A stretch of DNA of 46,280 bases from Stramenopiles sp. TOSAG23-2 (taxonomy: Eukaryota), in NCBI GenBank assembly GCA_900128395.1, contig LT649282.1, positions 1 to 46,280 on the forward strand. The letters are read 5' to 3'. Positions 22,028 to 33,312 of the stretch are shown here, piece by piece. Position numbers and translations under genes: made by a program. The notes beneath the pieces were generated by a model. It had not been told where the DNA came from. It made no database searches and saw only the letters and a program-made list of their open reading frames with translations. How positions within the stretch are numbered: position 1 is the stretch's first letter; each line of letters opens with the position of its first letter.

Positions 22028-25000
22028 TTACATCATTGTAATTTCACCAGTTTCCATTTCAACTTCCCATGTATCATCATTCCTTGCATTGCTAAATTGG
22101 CTATTGATATGATGATTCGTATTGGAGTGAAACGTTACCCCAGTCATTTTGCAAGTTGCATCTGCTTTAACACGAACACCACTTCGCTGGGCAAATCTTA
22201 AACGCTGCAACAAATCAATACAGTCCTCCTTTAAAACTTCATTACATCCTTTTTGTAATTCTAATAATAAACGATAATCAGATACAAATTTTGCTAAATG
22301 ATTCCGTAAATTTGGAATTTCCATATCATCTGGAATTTGCTGTATTAATTTTGCAGGATTGGTGATTGTTGATCCTACATCTTGTAATAAGCCGCTTACA
22401 TAATTTTTATTTGTCAAACTTTTACTTATTAATTGCTCCCATAATGCATCATTATGAGATTCTTCGATAAATTCAATTGCTTGCTTCACATCTCCAATTT
22501 TATCAATGATCAACGACAATGCTTTGTGGGAATCACCAAGTCTACCAAGTATATAAACCATTTCTTTATATAATGGCTTTGGTTTATTTTGTTCACAATC
22601 AACAATTGCTTTTTCCATGGAATAAAAATTACTACTTTTCAGAAATTGCAACAATGAGCCAGGATCATAACGAACGTATAACGATACTTGTGCTATATGC
22701 CATGGTCGGTATTCATCTGAATTGTAAACTTTTTTCTTGCGTTCAAACAATGTATGTAAATATTTTAAAAGCAACGCTGGATCACCTGCTTGCAATTGCT
22801 TCCCTATCGTATGTATAGACAAAACATCCTCTGGAACTTTCAATACCAGCTGCATAGCACGCTTCTCATTGATACGCATTAAATTTGTAAATCGCTGTGT
22901 TCCTACTGGTGTAACCAATTTATGAAATAAATTGTTTCTTTCAATAAATGAGAAAATGGTAATAGATAATGGTGATTCTCCGACGGACTTTGAATTTTGT
23001 GGATAATCTAAATATTGACGTATAGCTTTTTCCTCATCTTGGTTAATCATGTACAAATACGACAATGTTTCTCTTAAAATGCATGATTCACGCCGTTCCA
23101 ATACAGCTTTGACTTTTGCAACGACAATTATCATATTGAATAATGGTGCTGTTGATGTCGTCGCACTTGTATTCTTCTCGTCTTGCAGATTATCATTTTT
23201 ATTATTGCTACTACTACTTCTCATGATATTATTATCATTGCTAGTATTGTTATTCATAGTATTTGAACTTTGAATATTGTCATTAATTTTCCTACTTGTA
23301 GATGACCATTTTGATATTAAATGTCTAAATCCTGCATCATCACTCTCATTTAAAAATGCTGCTAATATCATTTCATATGTAGATTGTTCTAACTGCACTT
23401 CTTTATATGGTACATAAAATCCTATCTCGCGTAGCTGTTGATGTTCATGGAAAACCAGGACCCATTGCTGCCACATATCTTTATCATGGCGTAATAAACG
23501 CGCACATAATTTAGACGCTTCTCTAAATCTGTTAGTTTTTACAAGATTCCCTAAATACCGTGTCGCCAATAGTTGATATTGCGATGGTGGTAATGGTGGA
23601 TCAGCATGTTCAGCAATTTCTAATGCCTCAGAAAATTGCCCATGCTCCAATGCCCATTTAATATGATCATCTACTGTTCGTGGCGTTGCTACCACAATAT
23701 CCTTCGGCGATACAATGTACAATGAAGGCAACGGAGGCAAATCAGCATCATCCTTGCTTTTCATTTTTATGGTGGTAGTATTTTGGGTATTATTATCTGA
23801 ACCACTGTTTCCCGAACTTTGTTTCACTGTTACTGTGCCTTTATCACTTTCTAAACTGTAATCAAACATGGTACACATCTCATAGCCAAACACTGGCAAC
23901 ATATCACACGATCTCTCCTCACCCGTTTCTCTATCTAAAATTCTTAATTCAGGACGGCGCGGGGTATTCATATTATCGCCACTATCATTATTATTATTAT
24001 TATTATTATTGTCATTTTCATCATCATTGCTGTCATCACTGTCATCATCATCTGTTGAGGAATCATCTTCATTGCCAATACTATACGTCAAAAGACAAAC
24101 ATCATCACCAAAAGATGCTATGCCACATATCAATGCTGGGACGTGAAAAACTGCAGTAATACGACCAGTTAATTGTATCTTACTAGGATCAATGGTACTA
24201 GCACCCTTGACTTTATTATCGTTATTGTCGTTCTTAGCATTATTATTGTTAGTATTACTTCCCGGTATCATTTCTTGAATTTTAACTATCATCCAACAAT
24301 CACCCCATCCAACTAATAATGTACGATCATTTTCCCAATACAATTTACATTGGCAACTATTTGCAACATCTTCATGTTCTGAAAAATTTATTTTTGGCCG
24401 ATCAACTCTAGACACAGGCTTTTCTCTTTCTAAATCATATATTTTTACACCCCTATCATTTGCCCATGCTATCAATGTACCACACCAACGTACAATTTGT
24501 ACACGGCCTTCTCCACTATCTAAAATATTTTCAGTAGAAGTAAACCAACCACGTCGATTTACTCGAACTTTACTATCTTCACTTCCACTAACAAAAACCC
24601 TGTCGCGTTTGTTTGAATATTGTGGATCAAGCTGTACACTCACAATGGGGCTAACATACGTATGGATAAGAGGCGCTTCTGATCCAAGGACTGGAATAAT
24701 TGCAATCTTGCCATCTTCTGCGCAACTTGCAATACGTTGTCCACTCGGCTCGATACTAATGTCATGAACACGAGCATGATGTAAAACAATTTTATTTCTT
24801 TCAGCACCTGCATGGTCTAATATATACAATGCACCACTACGTGTTCCTAATACCATAAATGATCTATGAAACGACAGGCATGATGCAGAATCCGGTTGAG
24901 TAGTTTTACCACCACTTAGAATTTCCGTAACACTTGATTTTAATCGCCGATATTTTAATAAAGGTTCTTCATCAATAAAATTTTCATCTGAATCTTCGTC

Positions 25001-25102
25001 TGAAACTTCATCATCTCCACCTTCTGATGAATCTGTTTCTTCATTTGATGAAGATGCAGAAGATTCTGTTTCCACCTGTTCCTCTTCTTCCGAGGTCGAC
25101 AT
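22028..25102 (-). CDS. VPS41: Vacuolar protein sorting 41 (HOPS subunit)
   Basis: Acidic N-terminus, EEPLLKYRRL, WD40 propeller (IAWANDRGVKIYD), YIVSPKDIVVA, DDHIKW, clathrin heavy-chain repeat (EMVYILGRLG, LWEQLI) and IPNLR. ATG at 25102. Confidence 0.95.
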   Translation of the reverse strand: MSTSEEEEQVETESSASSSNEETDSSEGGDDEVSDEDSDENFIDEEPLLKYRRLKSSVTEILSGGKTTQPDSASCLSFHRSFMVLGTRSGALYILDHAGAERNKIVLHHARVHDISIEPSGQRIASCAEDGKIAIIPVLGSEAPLIHTYVSPIVSVQLDPQYSNKRDRVFVSGSEDSKVRVNRRGWFTSTENILDSGEGRVQIVRWCGTLIAWANDRGVKIYDLEREKPVSRVDRPKINFSEHEDVANSCQCKLYWENDRTLLVGWGDCWMIVKIQEMIPGSNTNNNNAKNDNNDNKVKGASTIDPSKIQLTGRITAVFHVPALICGIASFGDDVCLLTYSIGNEDDSSTDDDDSDDSNDDENDNNNNNNNNDSGDNMNTPRRPELRILDRETGEERSCDMLPVFGYEMCTMFDYSLESDKGTVTVKQSSGNSGSDNNTQNTTTIKMKSKDDADLPPLPSLYIVSPKDIVVATPRTVDDHIKWALEHGQFSEALEIAEHADPPLPPSQYQLLATRYLGNLVKTNRFREASKLCARLLRHDKDMWQQWVLVFHEHQQLREIGFYVPYKEVQLEQSTYEMILAAFLNESDDAGFRHLISKWSSTSRKINDNIQSSNTMNNNTSNDNNIMRSSSSNNKNDNLQDEKNTSATTSTAPLFNMIIVVAKVKAVLERRESCILRETLSYLYMINQDEEKAIRQYLDYPQNSKSVGESPLSITIFSFIERNNLFHKLVTPVGTQRFTNLMRINEKRAMQLVLKVPEDVLSIHTIGKQLQAGDPALLLKYLHTLFERKKKVYNSDEYRPWHIAQVSLYVRYDPGSLLQFLKSSNFYSMEKAIVDCEQNKPKPLYKEMVYILGRLGDSHKALSLIIDKIGDVKQAIEFIEESHNDALWEQLISKSLTNKNYVSGLLQDVGSTITNPAKLIQQIPDDMEIPNLRNHLAKFVSDYRLLLELQKGCNEVLKEDCIDLLQRLRFAQRSGVRVKADATCKMTGVTFHSNTNHHINSQFSNARNDDTWEVEMETGEITMM

Positions 25103-25853
25103 TATTACTATTATTACTATGTAAAACACAACTAAAAAATAAAAGTGAATGAATGTTACTAAAAGAATAAAATTACAAATATGATATGTATATATTATAT
25201 ATTATATGTGCACAGCTTTTGTCATTCTTTCCTTTCATCACACAAACAATATAAATACGAACATTAAAATTAAATATTCATTATTATTTAAAACAGAGGA
25301 GGTGGTAGGTGCGTAGTAATAAAACTAATTCAATTTTTTTTTTATATTCTTTTCCTCCTTATCCTCACAATACAAGGTATATTAATACCTTAACCTGGTA
25401 TTATATTTTCTTCTTCTTCTCACTGGACGTAGTTTACCACAAACATGTTAAGGTATCTACATGAAATACTAACTAGTATATACCTAATTTATACTTGAAA
25501 GGTATAGAAATTACAAAAATATTAAAAATTAAACAAAAATATTAAAAAACAAAAATAAATATACCTTATTTATCACAAATAATTTGCACATTTGCACAAC
25601 AACATCAACAAAATATAATAATATCCAAAATATCCAAAATAATGTAATAACATAAACAACAGTTTAATAATATCCGAATATATATTTTTATCTATTATCA
25701 TATGGCAGTATCATATATATTATTAATATACACAAATGTACTACGTTAACGTATATGATAAAGGATGTTTATGAGGAAAAAGAAAGAAAGAAAGTTAAAA
25801 ATTGATTGGTGTAGATGTGAGATAAAGTGAGTTCATTTATATATGCACAAACC

Positions 25854-27308
25854 ATGTCTAGTTTAATGCCTTCATTATCAATACAAGAAGCAAACGATTT
25901 ATTTGGATCAAGTAGTGAGGATGAAAATGACGACGATAAAGAACGAAATCAAAATGTGCCATTTGCTATACAATTGGAAATGAAAAATATTTTATTAAAA
26001 TATAGAAATAATAATACTTTGAATAAATTCAATAAATCCATGTATGAAAAATATCTAATGTCTGTTAAATTATATGAATGTAATAATTTAGAAGAATTGT
26101 TGAGTATATCTTCCGAAATAGCTATAATAACTTATAATTTGTTAAAAGAACATAAAGGTTGGCCTCATCAAAGTGTGAAAGATTTACACTTGCTTTCACA
26201 ATTATTTTTAGCACATAACTACGTTTTATTGAAACAATTTAAAACGTGTATTCAGTGCATTGATAAAATATTTACAGTCCATGGGGCTAGCAAAATCGTC
26301 ACTATGTACTTATCATTGATTATCCCAAAAATAGACTCTTCAAATGCTTTTAAATTGTCGCCATCAGGAAAGAAGATTGAATTTGTGCAAAGTCTTTATG
26401 TAGATAAAATATTGATACCTGAAATGAATGCCAATAATAATAATAGACAACAAATACCTAAAATGAAACAATGTAGTTTGGACATTTTTAAAAAGGAATT
26501 TTTAAACACAGAGACTGCCATTATATTTACTGATATAATGGCAAAAGAAAATGGATATAGCGGTGCAATTAATAAATGGAAAGATATCAATTTTTGGATC
26601 AATAACTTTGGATATCGTTTTGTGCCAATAGAAATAGGTAGATTTCCTCAATTTTGTGAAGAACAACAAGTAGAAAAAACTTTTTCCTCCTGGAAGGAAG
26701 AAATGATAACCATCGAAAATTTTTTCAATACATATTTAATACCATCTATTCAACGTATTGAAATGAGACAGAAACGTAATGGGAATAATAATGATGATGA
26801 TAATAATCTTGAAAAGATAAAGGACCAATTAAATGTATATAAATATTTACCTGCTATAGATACTGTAGCCTATTTAGCACAACATAATTTATTTGAACAA
26901 TTTAAAATTTTAAAAAATGATATTGGAACACCAAAATATTGCCACATCAGAGGACGAAAAGTTCAACATGTAAATATGTGGTTTGGGACTGATGGAACTG
27001 TAACACCTTTGCATTTCGATTCATACGACAATTTTTTGATGCAAGTCATTGGATACAAATATGTACGATTGTATGAAAAATCACAAACAAAATATTTATA
27101 TCGTGATAACACTGGTGTTGAATATGCGCAAGGAAACATGACAAATGTTTCTATTGAATATCCAGATAAAATGAAACATCCAGAATTTGGAAATGCAAAA
27201 TACACAGAGACTATATTAATGCCGGGCGACACGTTATTTATTCCATCAGGTATGTGGCATTATGTCAGAAGTTTAACACCAAGTTTATCAATTAACTATT
27301 GGTTTTAA
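25854..27308 (+). CDS. JMJD5: JmjC hydroxylase, JMJD5/KDM8 family
   Basis: VPIEIG, YLAQHNLFEQ, WFGTDGTVTPLHFD (HxD), QVIGYKYVRLY, LFIP..WHYVRSL..SLSINYWF. First ATG at 25854. Confidence 0.92.
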   Translation: MSSLMPSLSIQEANDLFGSSSEDENDDDKERNQNVPFAIQLEMKNILLKYRNNNTLNKFNKSMYEKYLMSVKLYECNNLEELLSISSEIAIITYNLLKEHKGWPHQSVKDLHLLSQLFLAHNYVLLKQFKTCIQCIDKIFTVHGASKIVTMYLSLIIPKIDSSNAFKLSPSGKKIEFVQSLYVDKILIPEMNANNNNRQQIPKMKQCSLDIFKKEFLNTETAIIFTDIMAKENGYSGAINKWKDINFWINNFGYRFVPIEIGRFPQFCEEQQVEKTFSSWKEEMITIENFFNTYLIPSIQRIEMRQKRNGNNNDDDNNLEKIKDQLNVYKYLPAIDTVAYLAQHNLFEQFKILKNDIGTPKYCHIRGRKVQHVNMWFGTDGTVTPLHFDSYDNFLMQVIGYKYVRLYEKSQTKYLYRDNTGVEYAQGNMTNVSIEYPDKMKHPEFGNAKYTETILMPGDTLFIPSGMWHYVRSLTPSLSINYWF

Positions 27309-27392
27309 AATTATGTATACTGAATTATACATATATACGTACAAAGTATCATATACAGACGACTAGTACAGTACGAGGAGGCAGTGTAATTA

Positions 27393-27418
27393 AGAGAGAG
27401 AGAGAGAGAGAGAGAGAG
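27393..27418. repeat. (AG)n microsatellite
   Basis: Uninterrupted AG run in the 3' intergenic region. Confidence 0.9.
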
Positions 27419-27744
27419 TGGAAATATATTTTTTTGATAATAAAAGATGTGCTTTTTTCGATAAATTTAGATTGAGCACACCGACTGGGTGGCATATTAC
27501 ATTATATATAAAAAATTCTCTTAATTTAAAATAATTTAAAAAGATTTTATTTACTCATAAGTATATATATCATAATTATAATACTATTTTATCTATAGAC
27601 AGAATTGCATAAAATGAAAGAGTGTGGAGAAGAATTATTTTTATGTTGTGTGTAGATCCCGGGGAATCAAGAGCGGTAACTGCTGCATTACATATATATG
27701 TGAAAAAGTAAATTTTTTTTTATAAAATGCTCCCTCTCCCAGCT

Positions 27745-30700
27745 CTACCTTTGCATCCATGGTAATTTCGCAAATTCTTTACTTTCAATATGTGCCTCGC
27801 CACCTTCTCCATCTTTCGCCGTAGTTTTTTTATATTCTTCATCATTTACAAGATCTAATAATGTTCCATGTGGTTTATATCCATTACTAGCAAATAGTGT
27901 CATCTTCGTCAGTTCGGCTAACATTGATTTTGGTGCTTTTGATGAATGAAAATCAATATCAATTACAGCACCTTTATTTTTAATAAATTCATCTTTACTA
28001 AATGCATCTTTTCTCCAATTATGTTTAATCATCAATAAATCATTTGATGATAACGTGAAAGCTGGAGGAAGTTTATTCTGCTTTGCCATCCAACTAAATC
28101 CTTTAGTGACTAAATTTGGCCCTAAGCAGCCCCAACAAAATTTTTGGTACTGCTGCGGTATCATTTCCACAAAAGTAAATATTAAATCTGAACATGGTGG
28201 AAAGCCAGCAAGTAAACCACTGTAAAGACTAAAAACCAATCCGTCCGCGGCATTGTCATTTGGTAAAGGTGGATTTCCATATTGTGCAGGAACTGCACCA
28301 TCTACTCCAATTTCTTGGCAATACGATGTTTTTGCAAAACAAGCATCAGGATTCGTTTGACAATCTGTGGTATTTTTATTACATTGGGATCTTCTCCATT
28401 GCATTTCTCGACTAATTAAAGGCATTTTATCCTCTGGTAAAGGGCGTATGAAAATTTGGTCAAAATCCATATATGTACCACCATAATAATATAACAAGGC
28501 AAACCTTACTACGTCAGACATTGTATGCATGTATCCTTTATTATCATCACTAGCATCTTTCACTTTTTTCATAGTTTGACTGATACCTTCTAATTGAGTA
28601 GGAATGGTACCCATTAATTCCTTTACACTGTATTTCATAACGACGGCACGGCATGTAAAGGGTAATGCCTTCTTTGCTTCCCAACCAGTCAATTTGCTAC
28701 TTTCACAAAAAAAATCACTTGGCAACGAATTGGAAAAAATTAATACGCGTGTACCATGTTTGCCATGCAATATAGCACTTTTAATGGCAGCATGCATAAT
28801 ACGCGAAGTAGCGGTACTAACTTCTTTTCCCTTCTCAGTCTCCCACCAAAACATTATAGGAGGTTCATATTTCATCGAATCTGGCTTTTTAATAGTCCTT
28901 GTATCAATAAATGAAGCAAGCTTTGACCTTTCAATTTCTATCAATGTCCTCTTAAAATTTTCCTTTGAAACTTTGCCATCCATTATATCAACACCACCAA
29001 ACAGACCTTTAATCTGAGCTAAAAAGTCTTTCTGGGAAGGGCCATTACCATTTTTTTCGCATGTGCCGGTTAGGAAGTGTTGATTTCGAAATTCTAGCAT
29101 ATATTTAGTCTTGTCGTTTTGATTGCATTGAACCTTCACCAAGGTACCTAAATTACCCATCCCATCGAAACAAAAATTTTCTTGACTTAAACTGTCTGTG
29201 ATACTTTGCGCAACATCATCACGGCATTCCCCAGCCCCACTTTTTAAATCGTTTTCCAACACCATATGATCATGCCAAGCCCACCATAACTTGTGCCATT
29301 TAGGGGCATAAAAATTTGCCATTTTATAATCACCATGATTCCGATTGCAATCCATTCCCCTACCACATGTTAATGGTTTATTACCTGTAAAATGCAAGAC
29401 GTGATATGCCTCTCCAATTAATTTTGTTGCTTGACTATATTTAATTCGTACTACATCTTGAGGCAATTCATAATACATCGGAAGAAACGACCACATAAAC
29501 CCTGTATCACCACCGTCAAAACTTTCAATATGTGGTATTTTTTCTAAAATTTTATTAAAAAATTTCTTCGACGGTTCGATAACCATCAGGCCAGCATGCA
29601 TTGGTGCACTGACACGTTTAAGTTCATTACCACCAGTCCCTGCAAAGTTAATCTTATTTTGTACTATAAATGCCGGTGTTTCTGCTTCGAATAGAAAATC
29701 TAAGTTTCGGCCAACTATCATATCTGCATCTAAATATATCACTTTTTCATACTCATACAAACTAAAAGTAGCTAATTTTGTATAGGATTGTTTGTGAAAT
29801 TTTTTCTCATGAGTACTTGATACATCTGATGGTGGTGCTAATGGCGCAACTACACGTGTTATTATTCCACTTTTTTTAAACGGAAGCAAATCTTCCTGGG
29901 ATGTACCCTCTGGAACTAACACTACAAACGGGTATGATACTCCATTGTGTCTCAAAGAATGTCGTAACACTTTTAACATTGTTACCAAAGTATCTTCTTT
30001 GGCCTCGCTTTTATGACACATCCCTATCTTATGGCATGCATCAGCACCACGTCCACCAACACTTGGGCCTACATACAATGAAACATATGCATATTTTCCT
30101 TTCCTGAAGCTATGGTTTGTCGTCTTTAATTCACCAGGACACAAATTGCTTGGTCTTACGCCAAAAAATGTTGGGTTACCTTTTTTAATATCACTATAGC
30201 AATTGCATTCGGCGACGGAACAAAAAGCCGCAAAAGAATCAAAAGACTTTTTTGCTGGAGGAAAAATTTCGCCATTAGTAGATTTTGATATTTTAGCATC
30301 ATCTTTGTTGTTGTTCATTTCAGTATTATTATTATTATTATTATTATTATTGATAGTAGTGTATTGTTTTCCACTATTATCATTGCTATTTTTCTTCTTC
30401 TTATCATTATTATTCTTACTTTCATTATTACTATCGTCATTTTTTTTATCATTGTTATCAATAGTTGATTCAACATTTACTTTGCTACCTGTTTCTTTAT
30501 TATTACCAGTTCCACTTTCACACCCAAGATAGTCTTTATGCTCTGAACAAAATTTTTCCTTTGTTTGACCTAACGAGCATGATACACATTCTGCAGTTAA
30601 TGCTTTGCAACAAAATTTTTCCGCCATCCCATTCTTATGTACAGGTTCTTCACCTTCATCATCTACTATGTTTCTCTTTTGACTTCTTACATCATTAAAC

Positions 30701-31002
30701 GTCATTGCTTTGAATCTTTCAGCAGATCGTCCATCGTCTTTATTTTTTCCTGCTTCAGCTAATGTTCGTATTTGTTCCAAATGCGACAAAATTTTATCTG
30801 TATGATGTCTTAATTTTGTGCCACCACCATTTACAGCATGTTGTGATGTATGCAAATTTAAAGTTCCTACTGTATTATACAAGACAAAGGCAAAACAAAA
30901 GGTCAAAGTTAAACCTATTAAATCTCTCATACTAATCGTCCATTCATTAGACGATCGATGATTTGAGGAACGATGACTTGGTGAATTTGTCGGAGACTTC
31001 AT
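27745..31002 (-). CDS. Type II membrane glycosyltransferase with tandem GT8 (glycogenin-like) and GT32 (DXD) domains
   Basis: N-terminal TM anchor. GT8 motifs YTKL, YEKVIYLDAD, SFDGGDTG and HFTGNKP. GT32 motifs SDVVRFALLYYYGGTYMDFD and WGCLGPNLVT. ATG at 31002. Confidence 0.85.
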   Translation of the reverse strand: MKSPTNSPSHRSSNHRSSNEWTISMRDLIGLTLTFCFAFVLYNTVGTLNLHTSQHAVNGGGTKLRHHTDKILSHLEQIRTLAEAGKNKDDGRSAERFKAMTFNDVRSQKRNIVDDEGEEPVHKNGMAEKFCCKALTAECVSCSLGQTKEKFCSEHKDYLGCESGTGNNKETGSKVNVESTIDNNDKKNDDSNNESKNNNDKKKKNSNDNSGKQYTTINNNNNNNNNTEMNNNKDDAKISKSTNGEIFPPAKKSFDSFAAFCSVAECNCYSDIKKGNPTFFGVRPSNLCPGELKTTNHSFRKGKYAYVSLYVGPSVGGRGADACHKIGMCHKSEAKEDTLVTMLKVLRHSLRHNGVSYPFVVLVPEGTSQEDLLPFKKSGIITRVVAPLAPPSDVSSTHEKKFHKQSYTKLATFSLYEYEKVIYLDADMIVGRNLDFLFEAETPAFIVQNKINFAGTGGNELKRVSAPMHAGLMVIEPSKKFFNKILEKIPHIESFDGGDTGFMWSFLPMYYELPQDVVRIKYSQATKLIGEAYHVLHFTGNKPLTCGRGMDCNRNHGDYKMANFYAPKWHKLWWAWHDHMVLENDLKSGAGECRDDVAQSITDSLSQENFCFDGMGNLGTLVKVQCNQNDKTKYMLEFRNQHFLTGTCEKNGNGPSQKDFLAQIKGLFGGVDIMDGKVSKENFKRTLIEIERSKLASFIDTRTIKKPDSMKYEPPIMFWWETEKGKEVSTATSRIMHAAIKSAILHGKHGTRVLIFSNSLPSDFFCESSKLTGWEAKKALPFTCRAVVMKYSVKELMGTIPTQLEGISQTMKKVKDASDDNKGYMHTMSDVVRFALLYYYGGTYMDFDQIFIRPLPEDKMPLISREMQWRRSQCNKNTTDCQTNPDACFAKTSYCQEIGVDGAVPAQYGNPPLPNDNAADGLVFSLYSGLLAGFPPCSDLIFTFVEMIPQQYQKFCWGCLGPNLVTKGFSWMAKQNKLPPAFTLSSNDLLMIKHNWRKDAFSKDEFIKNKGAVIDIDFHSSKAPKSMLAELTKMTLFASNGYKPHGTLLDLVNDEEYKKTTAKDGEGGEAHIESKEFAKLPWMQR

Positions 31003-31947
31003 AATCAATATTTTGTAAAGAAACAGCAAGCTATATTGTAAGGAGAGAGATTGTTATATTATCACACACACCACACAAACGTAAATATAAAAGAGGGAAA
31101 AGCTATTAATTGGTTTTGTCGTTGGAAAAAAAAATGTTTGGTATATAATATATTGAAATTATTAATATACACACACCGACTATATAATATAATATATTAT
31201 CCTATCTTCTTTCTCGACGAGAGTTGTTGTAGAACATTATATATATATATAGTTGATTTCTTTTTTTCCCATTTTCCAATCAATCACACACGGGCCTCAT
31301 TACAAATAGAAATCTTCCGGATGTATGTTGTTGGGAGTTGGGAGTACGTTGTTGTTGGGAGAGGAGTACCAGGTACAAGATATCCTTGAGTCGCTGTGAG
31401 GCCAATGGTATTTCTATGTTGGCTGGTTTCAGCACTCACAGCACTTCAGCACGTCATACTTTTTGTAAAATATCTATATTACATATATATATTTGTACAC
31501 TATAATTATTATAATAGTGCTATCAAATAAAATCGGAATCTTAGTATACAAATATATATACTTAATATATTTTTAAAGTAATTACTAGGCACATAGCATT
31601 ACTAAGCAGATGAGATAGAAATGGCGCATCAAGATAGAAGACCACAAGTCCATCATTTTTTTCTTCTTCGAATCCTACATGTATTATATATTTGTTGATG
31701 TTGTTGCCATCTAGACGAGTGCCAGTAGTGCCTCGCCGCTTTGCTTCAGCTAGTGCCATCATTTTGCACCCCAGTCACCAGTCCAGGCACTCCTCTAATA
31801 TTATATTGTCGAATTTCGAACTTATTTTTATTTATAATATAAATAAAATTTCTTGTCCATTATTATTGTCCAATCATTCTTCCCATTTTATCACTTTTGT
31901 GTTTGTTGTGAGTGTATCCTAAGAGGAAATAAAATTTTTTTAGCAAG

Positions 31948-32769
31948 ATGTCAACTACGGATAGCCCATTATTAACAACCAAAAGTGAAAACACCAAAAC
32001 GACAACGACTGCATTTGTTGCGACGAAGGGCGAAAATAAAAAATGGAAAGTTATTTATTTTGATTTTCCTGCACGAGGGGAACAACTACGTTTAATGTTT
32101 ATATATAGTAAAGTTGATTTTATTGACGAAAGATATAAAGGTGGGAAATTATTAGCAGGAATAAAAAAAAATGTTATGGGTGATGCATCGCCACTTCCAT
32201 ATGACCAAGTGCCTGTTTTAGTATCACCGGATGGTAAAGCGTATGGACAAACTGCCGCATGTATGCAACTGCTTGGACATATCCTACCAAATCTTTCACC
32301 TGAAGATAAGAAAGTTGATGCCACCTGTTTAGGTTTAGCCCTTGCGGCAGAAGATTTAAGAAATACTGTTTATTATCCTTTGTTTTATCCTGAAGTTTAT
32401 AAATTTATTATTAAAAAAAAAGCGCCATGCTGCTGTTGTATACCGGGTTGTATTGGCTGGTATAAAAAAACAAGTAAACATAAAAAAGGCTTTGCAAGAT
32501 GGGCAAAACATTTTGAGGATTTTTTACGCCTTCAAAAAACAAAATATTTAGCTGGAAATCAATTGTATTATTGTGACATAGCAGTTTTTGATTCCATTGA
32601 AGCATGTTTGGATTTACCATGTTTTAACCGTGAAAAAGAATTGAAACCGTTTCCAATATTAGAACAATGGTACGTAGAAATGGGTAATATACCACATTTA
32701 AAAAGTTACCTGGAGGAAAGGGGTGGCAGAATGGAGTATGTCTTGAAATATTTGAGCAAAAAAAAATAA
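31948..32769 (+). CDS. Glutathione S-transferase (Tyr-type, sigma-like)
   Basis: YFDFPARGEQLRL, PYDQVPVL, GQTAA, YLAGNQLYYCDIAVF, FPIL and LKSYL. Confidence 0.9.
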   Translation: MSTTDSPLLTTKSENTKTTTTAFVATKGENKKWKVIYFDFPARGEQLRLMFIYSKVDFIDERYKGGKLLAGIKKNVMGDASPLPYDQVPVLVSPDGKAYGQTAACMQLLGHILPNLSPEDKKVDATCLGLALAAEDLRNTVYYPLFYPEVYKFIIKKKAPCCCCIPGCIGWYKKTSKHKKGFARWAKHFEDFLRLQKTKYLAGNQLYYCDIAVFDSIEACLDLPCFNREKELKPFPILEQWYVEMGNIPHLKSYLEERGGRMEYVLKYLSKKK

Positions 32770-33312
32770 AAATCATCGTAATAAATGAAATAAATCTATA
32801 AATCTATATATGTAATATTAAAATATACGTAATAAAATCGTAGTTAATAAAAAAAAGAAGTGTGCTAAAAACTAAAAATTAAAATCGTAATTATTATTAA
32901 GGTAAATCCCACACCTAAAAATATATAGTATTTATTTAAGTACAATATTTGGTATTCTAGACTACCCTAACTTGGTATTTTTTTATCCGCTAAAAAAAAA
33001 AAAAACTTACATTATACCAGGTAAACACCATCAACTATTTCAAGTTTCAAGTAGTATACCTGGTATAGTCTCATCATGAAAAAAACACAAGTAATATAAA
33101 ACAGTATTATAGTATAGTATTAGTATAAGTATAGTATATATATAAGTAATATAATTACTATAAATAATACAAACAAGTCTTCTTATATTAGTGTCATAAG
33201 TCAAACATCCCCATACTCTCACAAAGAAAGAAACAAAAAATACATAGATCTATACAGAAACACTAGCTATATCTAGAAATATAATACAGTATATATAACA
33301 CACGTACAAATA

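Noticed and set aside
31562..31762. 66-aa minus-strand ORF over a GC-richer patch
   Set aside because: No motif is present, and it overlaps an equally weak plus-strand ORF.
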